DNA of 60,263 nt from a virus (IMGVR_UViG_3300044724_009327:1-60263), one strand, 5' to 3'. Positions 17,619-28,289 are shown, counted from the stretch's first letter. Numbers and translations are program-made. Notes: generated by a model from the letters alone, not told the origin.

Positions 17619-18068
17619 TTACTTGATCGCGATAGTTTTTGCTTTCTTGTGTTCTGGAATTATTCTTTCCATGCTCACTTTAAGCAAACCATCTTTTAGT
17701 TCTGCACCTTTGACCTCAACATCATTGGCAATAGTAAATGTTCTTGTGAACATCCTCTTTGATATGCCCCTGTGTTGCATTCCGTCGTCGTATTTCTCAA
17801 CTTCGTCTGCTGGATCTTTGTTGGGTTTTGATTTCACAGTGAGTTGATTTTCTTTGTACTCAACTATGATGTCATCCTTACCAAATCCTGCAAGTGCAAG
17901 TTCAACGTCGTATGTGTTATCGCCAGTCTTCACTATGTTGTATGGTGGGAAATTGCCAGTTCCTCTGAAGAAACTGTCGTCCATCATAGCATCAAAGTGA
18001 TCGAACCAGTCGTCGAATCCTACTGTGTATGGTCTTAGGTTATTAAAAATAGATAGATGTTTTGTCAT
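17619..18068 (-). CDS. Small heat shock protein Hsp20 (IbpA-like)
   Basis: FPPYNI, ALAGF, HRGISKR, GAELKDGLL, IAIK. Confidence 0.95.
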   Translation of the reverse strand: MTKHLSIFNNLRPYTVGFDDWFDHFDAMMDDSFFRGTGNFPPYNIVKTGDNTYDVELALAGFGKDDIIVEYKENQLTVKSKPNKDPADEVEKYDDGMQHRGISKRMFTRTFTIANDVEVKGAELKDGLLKVSMERIIPEHKKAKTIAIK

Positions 18069-18127
18069 TGCTTTCCTCCTATGTTAGCAAGGTTAATATA
18101 TGAAGATCCTATCTAAAGCAATCTTCA
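18069..18127 (-). promoter_or_regulatory. ROSE-like RNA thermometer in hsp20 5' UTR
   Basis: CC-UUGCU-AACAU-AGGAGG (U(U/C)GCU opposite SD) preceded by GAAGAU/AUCUUC hairpin. Confidence 0.55.
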
Positions 18128-18186
18128 ACTGTATTTATTATAACATATATGTACTATATGTCAAATTGCGAGTGTGTTTGGTAATA

Positions 18187-18762
18187 TTAGTTTGTAGGCA
18201 CTGGCAGAGGCTCGTCTGTTAGATATTTTGGTATCTTCAGTGGCTCTTTCTTCTTAACTGGTGGATTGTAAACGTCTGCTCCAGGGTTCTTTTCCATGTA
18301 GTCCATCTTCATCTCGTCCCAGGCAGGATCTTCTGACTTAGTCCTCTCCGGTCTCGCCCTCAGTCCCTTGCAGTGTTTCTCCACTGTGCTGAACTGTGGT
18401 GGCAATGGTCTGTCCGCGTACTTCTGGCACACCTTCAACATCTCCAGTTCCTGTCTCAGGTTCTCATTCTCTAGTAACACTTTGTTTTGTTCATCACACA
18501 TCTTTTTGCTCACACCCAGGTACTTCCTGAAACTCAATCTCAGTTCTTTCCGTTCACCAAAATTATCGTAATCATTGCTTGGCGAATAGTGTCTGTAGTC
18601 TGTGTCGTCCTGTGAGTAACTGGTGCTTAGGTCAACAGAACCATACTGACACGCATTTGAGTAACTGTTGAGGTATTCGTTACGTGCTTCGGATTTGGTG
18701 ATCAGTGCGGTCATGAATATCACAAATGCCAAACCGCCTATCCAGATGTATTGTTTTATCAT
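18187..18762 (-). CDS. Secreted or membrane-anchored hypothetical protein
   Basis: Probable start MIKQYIW at 18762; N-terminal hydrophobic segment, four Cys. Confidence 0.6.
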   Translation of the reverse strand: MIKQYIWIGGLAFVIFMTALITKSEARNEYLNSYSNACQYGSVDLSTSYSQDDTDYRHYSPSNDYDNFGERKELRLSFRKYLGVSKKMCDEQNKVLLENENLRQELEMLKVCQKYADRPLPPQFSTVEKHCKGLRARPERTKSEDPAWDEMKMDYMEKNPGADVYNPPVKKKEPLKIPKYLTDEPLPVPTN

Positions 18763-19109
18763 TAGTTTCCGTTGACGTCTCTGTTTAGATCCTTGATGTC
18801 CCAAGCCATGTCACGCACCTTCTCTGCCAGTTCCCTGTAAAGGTTCTCCGCCATCTCCCAGGTCGCTTCCGCCCTGCCCAGACGCTGTTTCAGTTCCGTG
18901 TTGGCTTCCTGCACCACCTTGAGATCCCTCTTCAGGTTGGTGATCTCCACCTCCTGTAGTGCTATGATCTCGTCCTTGTTGCTGTTGATTGTGTCTGTGA
19001 GATTTATCACATACTTGATGCCCGTGAATGTTCCAACCAGTATTGATGCCACTACTGGGATCATCACTATGTTGCTCTTTAACCAACTCTTTTTTTGTTC
19101 TGTTGCCAT
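18762..19109 (-). CDS. Membrane-anchored coiled-coil protein
   Basis: N-terminal TM helix plus heptad-like region; late-type TAAATA upstream. Confidence 0.6.
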   Translation of the reverse strand: MATEQKKSWLKSNIVMIPVVASILVGTFTGIKYVINLTDTINSNKDEIIALQEVEITNLKRDLKVVQEANTELKQRLGRAEATWEMAENLYRELAEKVRDMAWDIKDLNRDVNGN

Positions 19110-19183
19110 TTAAATTCCTGTTTGGATTGCTCTGTAAAGTGCAACTATTTAAATGTTTTTAGTGGGGGGATTATCTGCTACTA

Positions 19184-19477
19184 TTATCTACGGTTTGTAC
19201 GGCCCATGAAGATATTGCCTTCACGATCCCTACGCAGTTTCCTGAGTATCTTTTTACGTTCCTTGGCCTTTTCTCTCTTTATCTCAGACGGCTTTTGGTA
19301 TGTGTTGTTGGCTCTGATCTGATCAATGAACTTGTCTTCCTTTATCCATCTCTTGATCTTACGATATGCCCTCACGGCATCACCACCTGGTGGTACCTCC
19401 ACATAGTAGCCTTGGAAACCTAGAGGTCTATCTGATTTTTTGAACTTGGGTCTAATTTTGTTTTTTTGATATTCCAT
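19184..19477 (-). CDS. rpsU: Ribosomal protein bS21-like
   Basis: V-x-V...RAYRKIKR...YQKPSEIKR followed by basic tail, matching the bS21 pattern. Confidence 0.78.
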   Translation of the reverse strand: MEYQKNKIRPKFKKSDRPLGFQGYYVEVPPGGDAVRAYRKIKRWIKEDKFIDQIRANNTYQKPSEIKREKAKERKKILRKLRRDREGNIFMGRTNRR

Positions 19478-20699
19478 TTGTTTTTTTAAATACTAACACA
19501 GGGTCTGCTCCATTGTCAACCACCTGATTAGTTATCTGTATTTTGGATACTCCCCTATTCCTCATTTCCGCCGCATCAAACTGATATGCTAGAACCGTTG
19601 AATCTACTACGTTTTTTAGTCCCCTTGCATTTGTGCCCAGTGCCTTGGCTTTTTTGGCTATGGAAATCTTTGCGTCTTTGGTGAATTCTATATCCATATC
19701 GTCCAGTCCAAAGAGATACTTGGTCTGTTTTAGGATGGCATTTTTAGGTTCTGTCAATATCCTTATCAACTGTTCCTCACTCAAAGGATCAATGTTTGTT
19801 ATCATGGAGAACCTACCCACAAACTCAGGGATCAATCCGTATTTTATTAGGTCCTCTGGTTTAACTTCTGACAGATAGTTTCTTTCGTCCTGATCCTTCA
19901 GTTTTGTGCCGAATCCCATGCCGCCTGATGTTTTAGCTCTGATCTGCTTTTCTAGTTCTGTGAAAGCACCACCCACGATGAACAATATGTTCTTTGTGTC
20001 TATTGTGACTGTCTGTTGATCTGGGTGTTTACGTCCACCATGAGGAGGCACCCTGCATTCAGTACCCTCAACTATTTTAAGCAGTCCTTGTTGTACACCC
20101 TCGCCTGACACGTCTCTGGTCAGTGATGTATTCTCCCCTTTCCTGCATATCTTGTCTATCTCATCTATGAATATTATACCTCTCTGTGTCTTCTCTATGT
20201 CGCCTTTGGCGTTTACGTAAAGTTTCTGCACAACATTCTCTACATCCTCTCCAACATATCCTGATTCCGTCAGTGTCGTTGCATCTGCTATGGCAAAAGG
20301 AACTTCCAAATACTTTGCTATTGTCCTTGCCATCAGGGTCTTACCAGCACCTGTGGCTCCTAGCACCATCACATTTGATTTGTCTAGGTCAAAGTCTATC
20401 GGTGGCTGTACTATTCTTTTGTAGTGGTTTGCCACTGCTACCGACAGCACAGTCTTTGCGGCGTCCTGTCCTATAACATATTGGTCAAGGTGCTCTTTGA
20501 TTAGTACCGGATTTAATATTTCTTTGTCGCCGGCGTAGAGTTGTTCCTTACGTGCTTTTACAATGTCTTCCTCCAGTATCTCAACACACAGTTTCACACA
20601 TTCGTTGCAAATAGATGTCTTGCTGGCACCCACAATCATCTTGGTCACATCCTTACGTGACTTATTGCAGAAGGAACAAATTAGCGATTCCTCTGACAT
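19452..20699 (-). CDS. clpX: ClpX AAA+ unfoldase
   Basis: C4 zinc-binding domain, [26 protein letters not shown] loop, MGF loop. Confidence 0.97.
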   Translation of the reverse strand: MSEESLICSFCNKSRKDVTKMIVGASKTSICNECVKLCVEILEEDIVKARKEQLYAGDKEILNPVLIKEHLDQYVIGQDAAKTVLSVAVANHYKRIVQPPIDFDLDKSNVMVLGATGAGKTLMARTIAKYLEVPFAIADATTLTESGYVGEDVENVVQKLYVNAKGDIEKTQRGIIFIDEIDKICRKGENTSLTRDVSGEGVQQGLLKIVEGTECRVPPHGGRKHPDQQTVTIDTKNILFIVGGAFTELEKQIRAKTSGGMGFGTKLKDQDERNYLSEVKPEDLIKYGLIPEFVGRFSMITNIDPLSEEQLIRILTEPKNAILKQTKYLFGLDDMDIEFTKDAKISIAKKAKALGTNARGLKNVVDSTVLAYQFDAAEMRNRGVSKIQITNQVVDNGADPVLVFKKTNGISKKQN

Positions 20700-21271
20700 T
20701 ATTGACCGTCTTTTAGTTTTTTGATTTTAGGAAATAGTTCCTGGAAGTTGTTTATCTTGTTACGATTTAATACACCAAAACTTGACGAGTCGTCTGGGTT
20801 CGAATTCAGGAACCATGTCTTGGCCATGGTCAGTATGTAACCCGACCAAACCTTCATCTGGTTCGAACTGTAATCCATGTTCAGTATCACAGTGGTCGAG
20901 GCCCTGCAGGCATTCAATAGCCATGTGTAGTCCCTGCCCTTGGCGTTTGGTTTCCATGACTCCAAGTATTTCTCGTACTCGGGATCATCCGCGGCAAAGG
21001 GATCAAGTGCCGAGAAGTTGTTGTCGTCCCATAGATATATTGTTAGGTCATCCTTGGGGAAAAATTTGTTAATCTGATCAGCGAAATTGTCCTTGTCCTT
21101 CTTGCTGAGGTTTATGAGGCAGAAACTCCTGTTCTGGTTCTGAAAGAAACTCGGAGGGGTCACCATTGTTATGGTGCCCATCTTCTTACGCAGTTCCAAC
21201 TTCTCACCAGTGGCGGCGTAGGCTTTTTTTGGTTCTTTGTTACCTTGTTTTATACTTCTGTCTTCAGTCAT
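20699..21271 (-). CDS. Hypothetical protein
   Basis: ORF coupled to clpX. Confidence 0.6.
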   Translation of the reverse strand: MTEDRSIKQGNKEPKKAYAATGEKLELRKKMGTITMVTPPSFFQNQNRSFCLINLSKKDKDNFADQINKFFPKDDLTIYLWDDNNFSALDPFAADDPEYEKYLESWKPNAKGRDYTWLLNACRASTTVILNMDYSSNQMKVWSGYILTMAKTWFLNSNPDDSSSFGVLNRNKINNFQELFPKIKKLKDGQ

Positions 21272-23840
21272 TTTGATTCAATATATCTATTATAACTTGT
21301 TGATCCTCATCGGACAAGTCCTTTAATTTTATTTCTTTGTTCTCTAATCTAGTTATCAGGTCGTTGATCCTTGCTTCTACTCTCTGGTGGTAGTCTTCCT
21401 CTGACGTCAATCTTTTTCTATAGTTGGTAAATTTATCATCTGCTATTTTCTGTTCTATGTTAATAGACTCTGCAATCTCTGGTACTTCGTCAGCAGTGTT
21501 CTCTAATTCTGGTAAAATAATTTCATTCTTCTCTGGCTCTGGTATGTCCAGTTCCTTGGATTTCTGCCAAAGCGTTTGATCGTTCTGCTCTTCGTTCTGT
21601 ACGTATTCTCCCTCCACAGGAACAAAGATACGTTTGCCATCTTTGATCACCAGCCTGGTCTTGCCTTTTGGTTTGTCTTCTTCAAACCCTTCCAACAGTG
21701 CGTCCAACTCCTCGTCTGTCATGGGACGTTCTTCTGTCTTAGGTTCTAGCATGAATTTCTCTTTAAGACCCTCGGCACTGGTTTCTTCGATGTCCTCTGG
21801 ATGCTGTTCATTCAATGCAGATCCCTTTGTTACGATGTGAGGGTTGTCTATTTCAGGATCCATTATCTGTGCAATTATCTTTCTGTTCTCTTCGGGAACA
21901 TTTTCAAATGTTAGGTCACCTTTTAAAATATCATCAATCATGTCTTGGAAGAAAGCCATCCTTGATTCTGTGATTGGTCCTTGCTCCGCCGCTTCTTCCT
22001 TGCTTAAAGAAACATCTGCTAGGAACTGTGCTCTGTTACTTTGGTCTCTTTCCATTTTTAATTCATCAGCACTTATGTCTTCGTACTTGCCATGCTCTTG
22101 ATGAAACTTGTTAAGCATTCCGGTTCGTTCTTCATCGGTCATCACCGGCTTTGGGGGCGCTATCACCTTCCCGGTCTTGTCTTCTACTATTCTTTGACCC
22201 AGTGATGCCACTGTGTTTTTCTTTGGCTTTTCTATTGGTGTTTCGGGCTCAAGCACTTCTGTGAAGTCTGGTTTGATTCTCTCAGGCTCCATTACTTCTT
22301 CTATCTTTTCTGATATAGACTGCTCGTACAACTGTTCCTCTTCGTCTTCTCTGGCCTTACGTGCATACTCTTCTAATGCTTTTCTTTCTGCTTCTTCTCT
22401 TTTTTTGAATTCTTCTAGTTGTTTTTCTCTGTTATACTTTGGTGTCTCTAGGTCGAACATGACTTCGTCGGGATCAAAACCGTCCTTGGTATTATCTGCT
22501 ACTATTTCTTTGTCTTCAGTTTTTTTTTGGCCTTTAAGATCTATGTGTGGAATAACATCATTGTCTTCTTGTATGATTTCTACTGACCTGTCTTCTGGCT
22601 TTAGAACCTTTTTGTTGAATGCTTCAAGTTTCTCTTTCCATTCCTTCAATTGCTCTGTGGCTTGTTCCATCTTGGCCGCCGCGTCTGCCTTCTGCATCAC
22701 TGCATTCCATTTGAGATCAACTCCCTCGTCGTCTGGTTTCTCTAGGTCTATGACTTCCTGTGGTTTAGGTGGTTCCGGTGGGAACCTTCTCATCAAACTC
22801 TGGTTGGCCGCAATCAATAGTAGTACAGCAAGTGGATCAAACACCACGATTAACAGCAATATAACCCACCTTACAGCCTTGCTAGTTTCAACTTGGTCCG
22901 TTATACCCCAATCCACAGCCAGTGCGGCTATGTACTTGACAGGTCCGATCTCTGCTTCCAGCGTCAGCATCTTTTTCTCAAGTGGTTGCTTCTCGACTAT
23001 GTACAGATCAATCTTGCCCTGCGAGTCAAATATTTTATTCTCTGCTGTTTCTATGTCCTGTGTGAATGTGCTTTTGTTGTCCTGTGATCCTGCTCTCATG
23101 TTGGCGATCACAGTTTTTGCTTCTGCGGTCTCTGCCTTGTGGTCTGCTTTGAGTTCTGCTATCCTATCCTGTGCTTCTTTGATGTTGATTGCTATCTGCT
23201 CACGTTCCGATTTCTGACTTGCTTTTAGGTCAGCGGCCGCCTTCTCTTCATTGAAGAATGATTTGTTTGAAGTCAGTATGTCGCTGACGTTCTTGTCTAG
23301 CACTATAAGTCTGTCGTTGAGGTCTTTGACTGTGTTGGTCTCGACCGTAAGTAGTGTTTTTAATTTTTCATTGGCATCTGCTATGATCTGTTGTTGTACT
23401 TCTATGTCTCCGTCAGCAGTTCCTGTGGTTCTGTTTATGGATTTTTCCAGCCTGTCTATGACTGCATTCTGTCTCAGGATTGAATTCTTCTCACTGTCTA
23501 TCTTGTCCTCGAGTATCTGTATACGTTGTACCAATGTGTCTGACGCTAGATTCTGTTCCAGGTGTGCTTTTGACAGGAAACCAAAGATACCCATGCTTGT
23601 TATCAAACTCAAAATTATCACAGCCGTCGTCAGGTAGGTCTTGAGCATGAAAGGCGTGAACTGCCAGTTCCTGTACAGCCATGAGGCTGTTATCAGTTTA
23701 CCCACTTCCAACACACCGCCCATGATCACAACAGGCACAAATGCACCTGGGAATATGGTGGCAAGTCCAATAACAGAGTAGAATATGGCCACCCCGGATA
23801 TGGACAGTGCTGATAGTAGTGTTAGAATCGCTATAAACAT
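21264..23840 (-). CDS. Membrane protein with coiled coil and long acidic tail
   Basis: N-terminal TM helices, EIGPVKYIA, FDPLAV, E/K-rich C-terminus. Confidence 0.7.
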   Translation of the reverse strand: MFIAILTLLSALSISGVAIFYSVIGLATIFPGAFVPVVIMGGVLEVGKLITASWLYRNWQFTPFMLKTYLTTAVIILSLITSMGIFGFLSKAHLEQNLASDTLVQRIQILEDKIDSEKNSILRQNAVIDRLEKSINRTTGTADGDIEVQQQIIADANEKLKTLLTVETNTVKDLNDRLIVLDKNVSDILTSNKSFFNEEKAAADLKASQKSEREQIAINIKEAQDRIAELKADHKAETAEAKTVIANMRAGSQDNKSTFTQDIETAENKIFDSQGKIDLYIVEKQPLEKKMLTLEAEIGPVKYIAALAVDWGITDQVETSKAVRWVILLLIVVFDPLAVLLLIAANQSLMRRFPPEPPKPQEVIDLEKPDDEGVDLKWNAVMQKADAAAKMEQATEQLKEWKEKLEAFNKKVLKPEDRSVEIIQEDNDVIPHIDLKGQKKTEDKEIVADNTKDGFDPDEVMFDLETPKYNREKQLEEFKKREEAERKALEEYARKAREDEEEQLYEQSISEKIEEVMEPERIKPDFTEVLEPETPIEKPKKNTVASLGQRIVEDKTGKVIAPPKPVMTDEERTGMLNKFHQEHGKYEDISADELKMERDQSNRAQFLADVSLSKEEAAEQGPITESRMAFFQDMIDDILKGDLTFENVPEENRKIIAQIMDPEIDNPHIVTKGSALNEQHPEDIEETSAEGLKEKFMLEPKTEERPMTDEELDALLEGFEEDKPKGKTRLVIKDGKRIFVPVEGEYVQNEEQNDQTLWQKSKELDIPEPEKNEIILPELENTADEVPEIAESINIEQKIADDKFTNYRKRLTSEEDYHQRVEARINDLITRLENKEIKLKDLSDEDQQVIIDILNQND

Positions 23841-23912
23841 TTATAAAGTGTATTTACTATAACAGATCTGCCTTTTCTATGCTACTGAAAGATGTGGTAA
23901 ATATGTTAAATT

Positions 23913-24158
23913 ATGGCACTAACACTATTATCAGGATACCAGAACACACTCAATAGGCCCACTAAGCCTGGCCAACCCAACGGTGTAGCACACGCCACCA
24001 ACACGGGCACACCAGCCAACACCAAGGCAGACAGGGCCGCAACAAAGGCCGCATATGCCACTTGGAACGCCGCATGGAAGACCACGTACAACTCATCTGG
24101 GGATCACGACACGGAATTCACAGAAGCGGGTAGCGGAATAACCTACGCTGACGATTAG
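23913..24158 (+). CDS. Small hypothetical (possible virion) protein
   Basis: Late-type TAAATA upstream; first of three plus-strand genes. Confidence 0.55.
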   Translation: MALTLLSGYQNTLNRPTKPGQPNGVAHATNTGTPANTKADRAATKAAYATWNAAWKTTYNSSGDHDTEFTEAGSGITYADD

Positions 24159-24166
24159 ATACTATT

Positions 24167-25147
24167 ATGGCCAATAATGGAATTTCAACATTGACTGCCG
24201 GGGATGGCTCTGATGCCACAGCGAACAAGGAAGCACGTCAGATAGCCAAACTCAACCTGGCACAGACACGCAGGCAGGCGGGTGGAGACACCACGCAGGA
24301 CTACTACAGGACCTTGAACGTGTACGACAGGATCTACCTACCCGAGGGCTACAACGTTTCCGCGGGCTCACAGGTGTGGGCCATAGAGGGCAGGCCCTGG
24401 TATGACACAGCGGCCTTGGTGAGTTCACCACTCACATTGGTAACGGGCGCGGCACAGTCACTACAGATATGGTTTGACGGCGCGGACATCACGCAGTTCC
24501 AACCCACCAACCCCAGTGATGCTCAGGGCATAACGCAGTGGAACGACAAGTCCAACTTCGCCCACAACGCCAACCCAGAGGGATCTCCGGCCAACGCGGT
24601 GAGGCCCGCATACCAGACCGCGGAACAGAACTCCCTGTCAGTGGTCGAGTTCGATGGCACCAACGACTGCCTGTCGATCAACCCGGTGGCATGGGTCAGG
24701 GGACTACAGAATTTCACCTTCTTCGTGGTGGCCAAGTACGACGGCACGGGATCCACAAGGTTCCTCTCAACCACGGACACCGATGACATCGTCATCAAGA
24801 ACACCGGCACCGAGATCACGGTGGGCATGGCGGGGGCAACGGCGGTCACATCATCACTGGCCCTCAACACCGGCTACCACATACACACACTGGTTTTCGA
24901 TGGCACACTGTCAGGTGACGCCAACAGGTTGAAGTACAGGTACGATGGCACACAGAAATCACTGGCATTCACCGGCACGGTGGGCACTGCCATAGACAAC
25001 GCGGTGGACAAGTTCCTGATAGGGTGTGGGGACGGCACCGGCTTCTTCGACGGACAGATAGCGGAAGTCATAGCGTTCCAGCAGACCTTGGACAGCACGG
25101 ACCTGGGGGACATAGAATCATACTTGACTAGTAAATGGGGATTATAA
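24167..25147 (+). CDS. LamG/concanavalin-like domain virion protein
   Basis: IWFDGAD, QWNDKS, FDGTND, GQIAEVI, IESYLTSKWG. Confidence 0.7.
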   Translation: MANNGISTLTAGDGSDATANKEARQIAKLNLAQTRRQAGGDTTQDYYRTLNVYDRIYLPEGYNVSAGSQVWAIEGRPWYDTAALVSSPLTLVTGAAQSLQIWFDGADITQFQPTNPSDAQGITQWNDKSNFAHNANPEGSPANAVRPAYQTAEQNSLSVVEFDGTNDCLSINPVAWVRGLQNFTFFVVAKYDGTGSTRFLSTTDTDDIVIKNTGTEITVGMAGATAVTSSLALNTGYHIHTLVFDGTLSGDANRLKYRYDGTQKSLAFTGTVGTAIDNAVDKFLIGCGDGTGFFDGQIAEVIAFQQTLDSTDLGDIESYLTSKWGL

Positions 25148-25150
25148 TAG

Positions 25151-26002
25151 ATGAGTGATTACGCAAACGACTACAGGCACCCAGCAGATTCCAACCTAAA
25201 AAGTGTACACAAGGCCATGGAGTACAACCAGGCCGGTGAACCCATCATAAGGACATCAGGTGGCAGTTTCGACTACGCCATCAACATCTCGGCGGGCCAG
25301 CAGGATGGCGTGGGCTACATAGAAAAGTTCGGGCGTAACGACACCATGAGCGGTAACATAGAGACCATATGGGATGGTAGCAACGTCTACACCTACCTCA
25401 CGTCAGCCAGTTCCGTACACATCACATCATCGGATGGTGCAGACGCAGTGGCGGGCACGGGAGCCAGGACAGTGGAGGTGCAGGGACTTGATCAGGATTA
25501 CAATCTAACCACGGAGACCATCAACGTGGACGACTCCGCATCCAACACCACGTTCATCAGGGTGTTCAGAGCCATAGTCAAGGCCACTGGCTCGGGAGGA
25601 CAGGCCGCGGGAGTGATCAGCATACGTTCGGCCGCGAGTGGCGGTGGTACTTTATTGGCACAGATACAGAAGGTGGGCACGGGTGGCGGGGCCAGCCTTG
25701 GACAGACATTCATGGCCATCTACACGGTGCCGGCGGGCAAGACAGCATACCTCACACAGTGGACGGTGGGTGCGGGCGGACAGAACGCGGACACCACCTG
25801 TTTGTTCGCGGCGAGGCCATTCAATGAAGGAGCGTTCAACTCCAAGGACATAATAATAAGTGCTGGCCAACAGTTCTCCAAGAACTACAAGATACCACTA
25901 CAGTTCACGGAGAAGACCGACCTCGAGGTCAGGGGATTCACTAGTTCATCAGGGAACGACTGTTCCAGCTCTTTCAATCTGATCCTATACGATAACGAAT
26001 AG
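25151..26002 (+). CDS. Putative virion structural protein
   Basis: KFGRN, GTGARTV-x-VQGLD, YTVPAGKTAY beta-rich pattern. Confidence 0.6.
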   Translation: MSDYANDYRHPADSNLKSVHKAMEYNQAGEPIIRTSGGSFDYAINISAGQQDGVGYIEKFGRNDTMSGNIETIWDGSNVYTYLTSASSVHITSSDGADAVAGTGARTVEVQGLDQDYNLTTETINVDDSASNTTFIRVFRAIVKATGSGGQAAGVISIRSAASGGGTLLAQIQKVGTGGGASLGQTFMAIYTVPAGKTAYLTQWTVGAGGQNADTTCLFAARPFNEGAFNSKDIIISAGQQFSKNYKIPLQFTEKTDLEVRGFTSSSGNDCSSSFNLILYDNE

Positions 26003-26088
26003 TAGTTCCAGGTCAGAACTTTCTTAGGTACCGATTTCTAAATAAAATTATTGATTGTTACTCTGCTGTGTCGGCCAGTAAGACGTTA

Positions 26089-26724
26089 TTAGGTCTTATT
26101 GAACTCAGTTTTCTTTGTAACTGTGATGGCACCGATTATCGTGCTGTTGTCCGCAACTGCTGAGGCTGTAAGTTCAGTGTTGGCTATGTCTGAAGAACCT
26201 GACGTTGGATCATAATGTTCACAAACTTCTCTGAATGAGCTGTCAAGTGCCTGTGCCACAAGATTTCTTAATGCTTGTGTTCTCGTTGTGATCGCCGTGC
26301 TGTCAACATCGTTGCCAAAGGTGCTTTCGCCCTGTGCTGTTCCTGTTATAGGAATGAACTGTTCATTTTCAAATGCAACATTGAATTCAAGCATGGTCAG
26401 TTGTGTGTTTTCATCAAAAGCAGAAGAATCTTCTGGACTTACACTGATGTTGTTCACTGTGAAATTTGTATTTTGACCCAATAATTGTAACATTCTTCTC
26501 CATCTCATGTTACCTCTTGCGATTCTTTTTGCGTTATCCACACTTGATATTTGACTGGCGTTACTCATGTCATGGAATGTTCTTGGCTCAACGCCACCAG
26601 AGGCATCAGCAGATGCTGTGCTATTGAAATTGTTCTGATCAATCACAATGTTGTATAATGCTTGATTTTCAAGGTTATCAGGAGATACCCCTTGTCTGTT
26701 AAATGAATAAGAGCTTGTAGCCAT
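26089..26724 (-). CDS. Putative virion structural protein
   Basis: TATAAATA at 26754-26761, S/T/A/N-rich. Confidence 0.55.
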   Translation of the reverse strand: MATSSYSFNRQGVSPDNLENQALYNIVIDQNNFNSTASADASGGVEPRTFHDMSNASQISSVDNAKRIARGNMRWRRMLQLLGQNTNFTVNNISVSPEDSSAFDENTQLTMLEFNVAFENEQFIPITGTAQGESTFGNDVDSTAITTRTQALRNLVAQALDSSFREVCEHYDPTSGSSDIANTELTASAVADNSTIIGAITVTKKTEFNKT

Positions 26725-26765
26725 AGTAGTTTAAATCCTTTGTCTTATGTACTTATTTATATGAA

Positions 26766-27233
26766 TTATTTATAAAAGGACCAACTTGGAGAACCTATAT
26801 ATTTACAGGCATTGTTGGTCATATGTCGTTGTTTGCCGTTCAATTTGATTAATGCTTGGTACGTACGGCAATATCCGCCTGAAATTGGGTATGAATGTAT
26901 GATCCTTACTTTGCCTGCGGCTAGACGTTCCTTACTGTACCAACTCACTATCTTGCCATTCTTTGTGCTGGATAAAGCAAAGAAAACTGCTGACTCGTGC
27001 ATCTTCTTTTCATCTTTTTTTAGGTTGAATCTTAGGAATTGTGTGCGTCTAAACAGGAATGCTGGCATACTGTATTCCACATCATTGCCTAACCAGATAG
27101 GGGCCGGCATCTCGCCTATGTATCCTTTGGCATCACCGGGTGTTTTTGTACCTGTAGTACCTGCACAGGCCACAGTCGCAAACAGTAAACTAGTCGATAC
27201 TATGATAGCCTTGAACAATCTCATATGATCCAT
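26766..27233 (-). CDS. 17-kDa surface antigen-like lipoprotein
   Basis: Lipobox VAC; W...YP...CRTY...AC...W pattern. Confidence 0.65.
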   Translation of the reverse strand: MDHMRLFKAIIVSTSLLFATVACAGTTGTKTPGDAKGYIGEMPAPIWLGNDVEYSMPAFLFRRTQFLRFNLKKDEKKMHESAVFFALSSTKNGKIVSWYSKERLAAGKVRIIHSYPISGGYCRTYQALIKLNGKQRHMTNNACKYIGSPSWSFYK

Positions 27234-27552
27234 CTATTTTCTGGCAGATTATCTGCCTTTGTGTTATTAGTACTTCGCCGACTGGCATGTCCCACGAGTA
27301 CATCTCACATGAGTCTGCTATGCCCATGTCAAACAAGAAGTCAGATGCTCCGTCCTTGCATACCATTTTCTCTTCTGTACGGTTTTCAATCACGTTGTTG
27401 TCTTGATCTACCACTTTAATCTGTGTTATCTCAACATCACAGTACTGGTCCACCCATGGGCCACCAGCCTCGGCTCTCTCAACGTAGTTGAATAGTATTA
27501 CCAAAGTTATGCCAACCAGGACAACAAATTTTAAGATAGTTGTATCTTTCAT
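27190..27552 (-). CDS. Secreted hypothetical protein
   Basis: Signal anchor, four Cys. Confidence 0.55.
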   Translation of the reverse strand: MKDTTILKFVVLVGITLVILFNYVERAEAGGPWVDQYCDVEITQIKVVDQDNNVIENRTEEKMVCKDGASDFLFDMGIADSCEMYSWDMPVGEVLITQRQIICQKIDGSYEIVQGYHSID

Positions 27553-27558
27553 GATGTC

Positions 27559-28110
27559 CTAGTTTAATATTTCTTCGGCTTGTTTGTTGATAGCATCAAC
27601 ATCTATCGAAGCAAGTTTCTTCTTGTTCACTGTTTCTATAATTGCTTCTACTTCCTTCTTGCTCAACTCAACCATCACATATGCTCTATATGATTTGTGT
27701 TTAGTTGCAAAGATTTCTTGCTTCTTGACTTCGTAGCCTCTTGCAAGTGTGTCTTTAATTATATTAACAATAACATCCTGAGATCCAGCCGTTACAGATA
27801 GATCTTCGTTAGTTCCTGCTTCGTTCTTTGTGATAGTGGTTCTGTTGTTCACTTCACCATTGATCCTATCCACAAGTTTTGCCTTTGCTAATAGAGTGGC
27901 TTTCTTAACTGCCAGTTCTAGGTCAGGCGATACAGCCGTACCAGTTTCCACATACTTGAACATAGTTTCATGATCATAATCAACATACCATTTAGGGGTC
28001 TTGTCGACCACTCCGCTTTTGTTCATATCTGGTTTGATCTTGTAGGTTGAACATTGTGCAACCATAAGACCTGCTAATACAACCAATATCATTTTTGTTA
28101 GGTTTTTCAT
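27559..28110 (-). CDS. LPP20-like lipoprotein
   Basis: Lipobox-like VAQC, PKW, A-x2-KA-x3-AK, YRAYV. Confidence 0.6.
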   Translation of the reverse strand: MKNLTKMILVVLAGLMVAQCSTYKIKPDMNKSGVVDKTPKWYVDYDHETMFKYVETGTAVSPDLELAVKKATLLAKAKLVDRINGEVNNRTTITKNEAGTNEDLSVTAGSQDVIVNIIKDTLARGYEVKKQEIFATKHKSYRAYVMVELSKKEVEAIIETVNKKKLASIDVDAINKQAEEILN

Positions 28111-28118
28111 TTGTTTCC

Positions 28119-28283
28119 TTATCCTTGTAATTTGTCAATCATTCTGTCCATTGATGCAAACAAGTTAGAAATGAAATTAAACACACCATCAACATTAAAG
28201 TCGTTGCTGAACTGTGCCCATCCATCTCCAATCATCGGATACACCGCTAGGAAGATTGCAAATAGTATTATTAGTCTAATCAT
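28119..28283 (-). CDS. 54-aa membrane peptide (not in ORF track)
   Basis: MIRLIILFAIFLAVYPMIGDGW...; directly after a TTGACG-16-TATAAT promoter. Confidence 0.55.
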   Translation of the reverse strand: MIRLIILFAIFLAVYPMIGDGWAQFSNDFNVDGVFNFISNLFASMDRMIDKLQG

Positions 28284-28289
28284 AAAACA

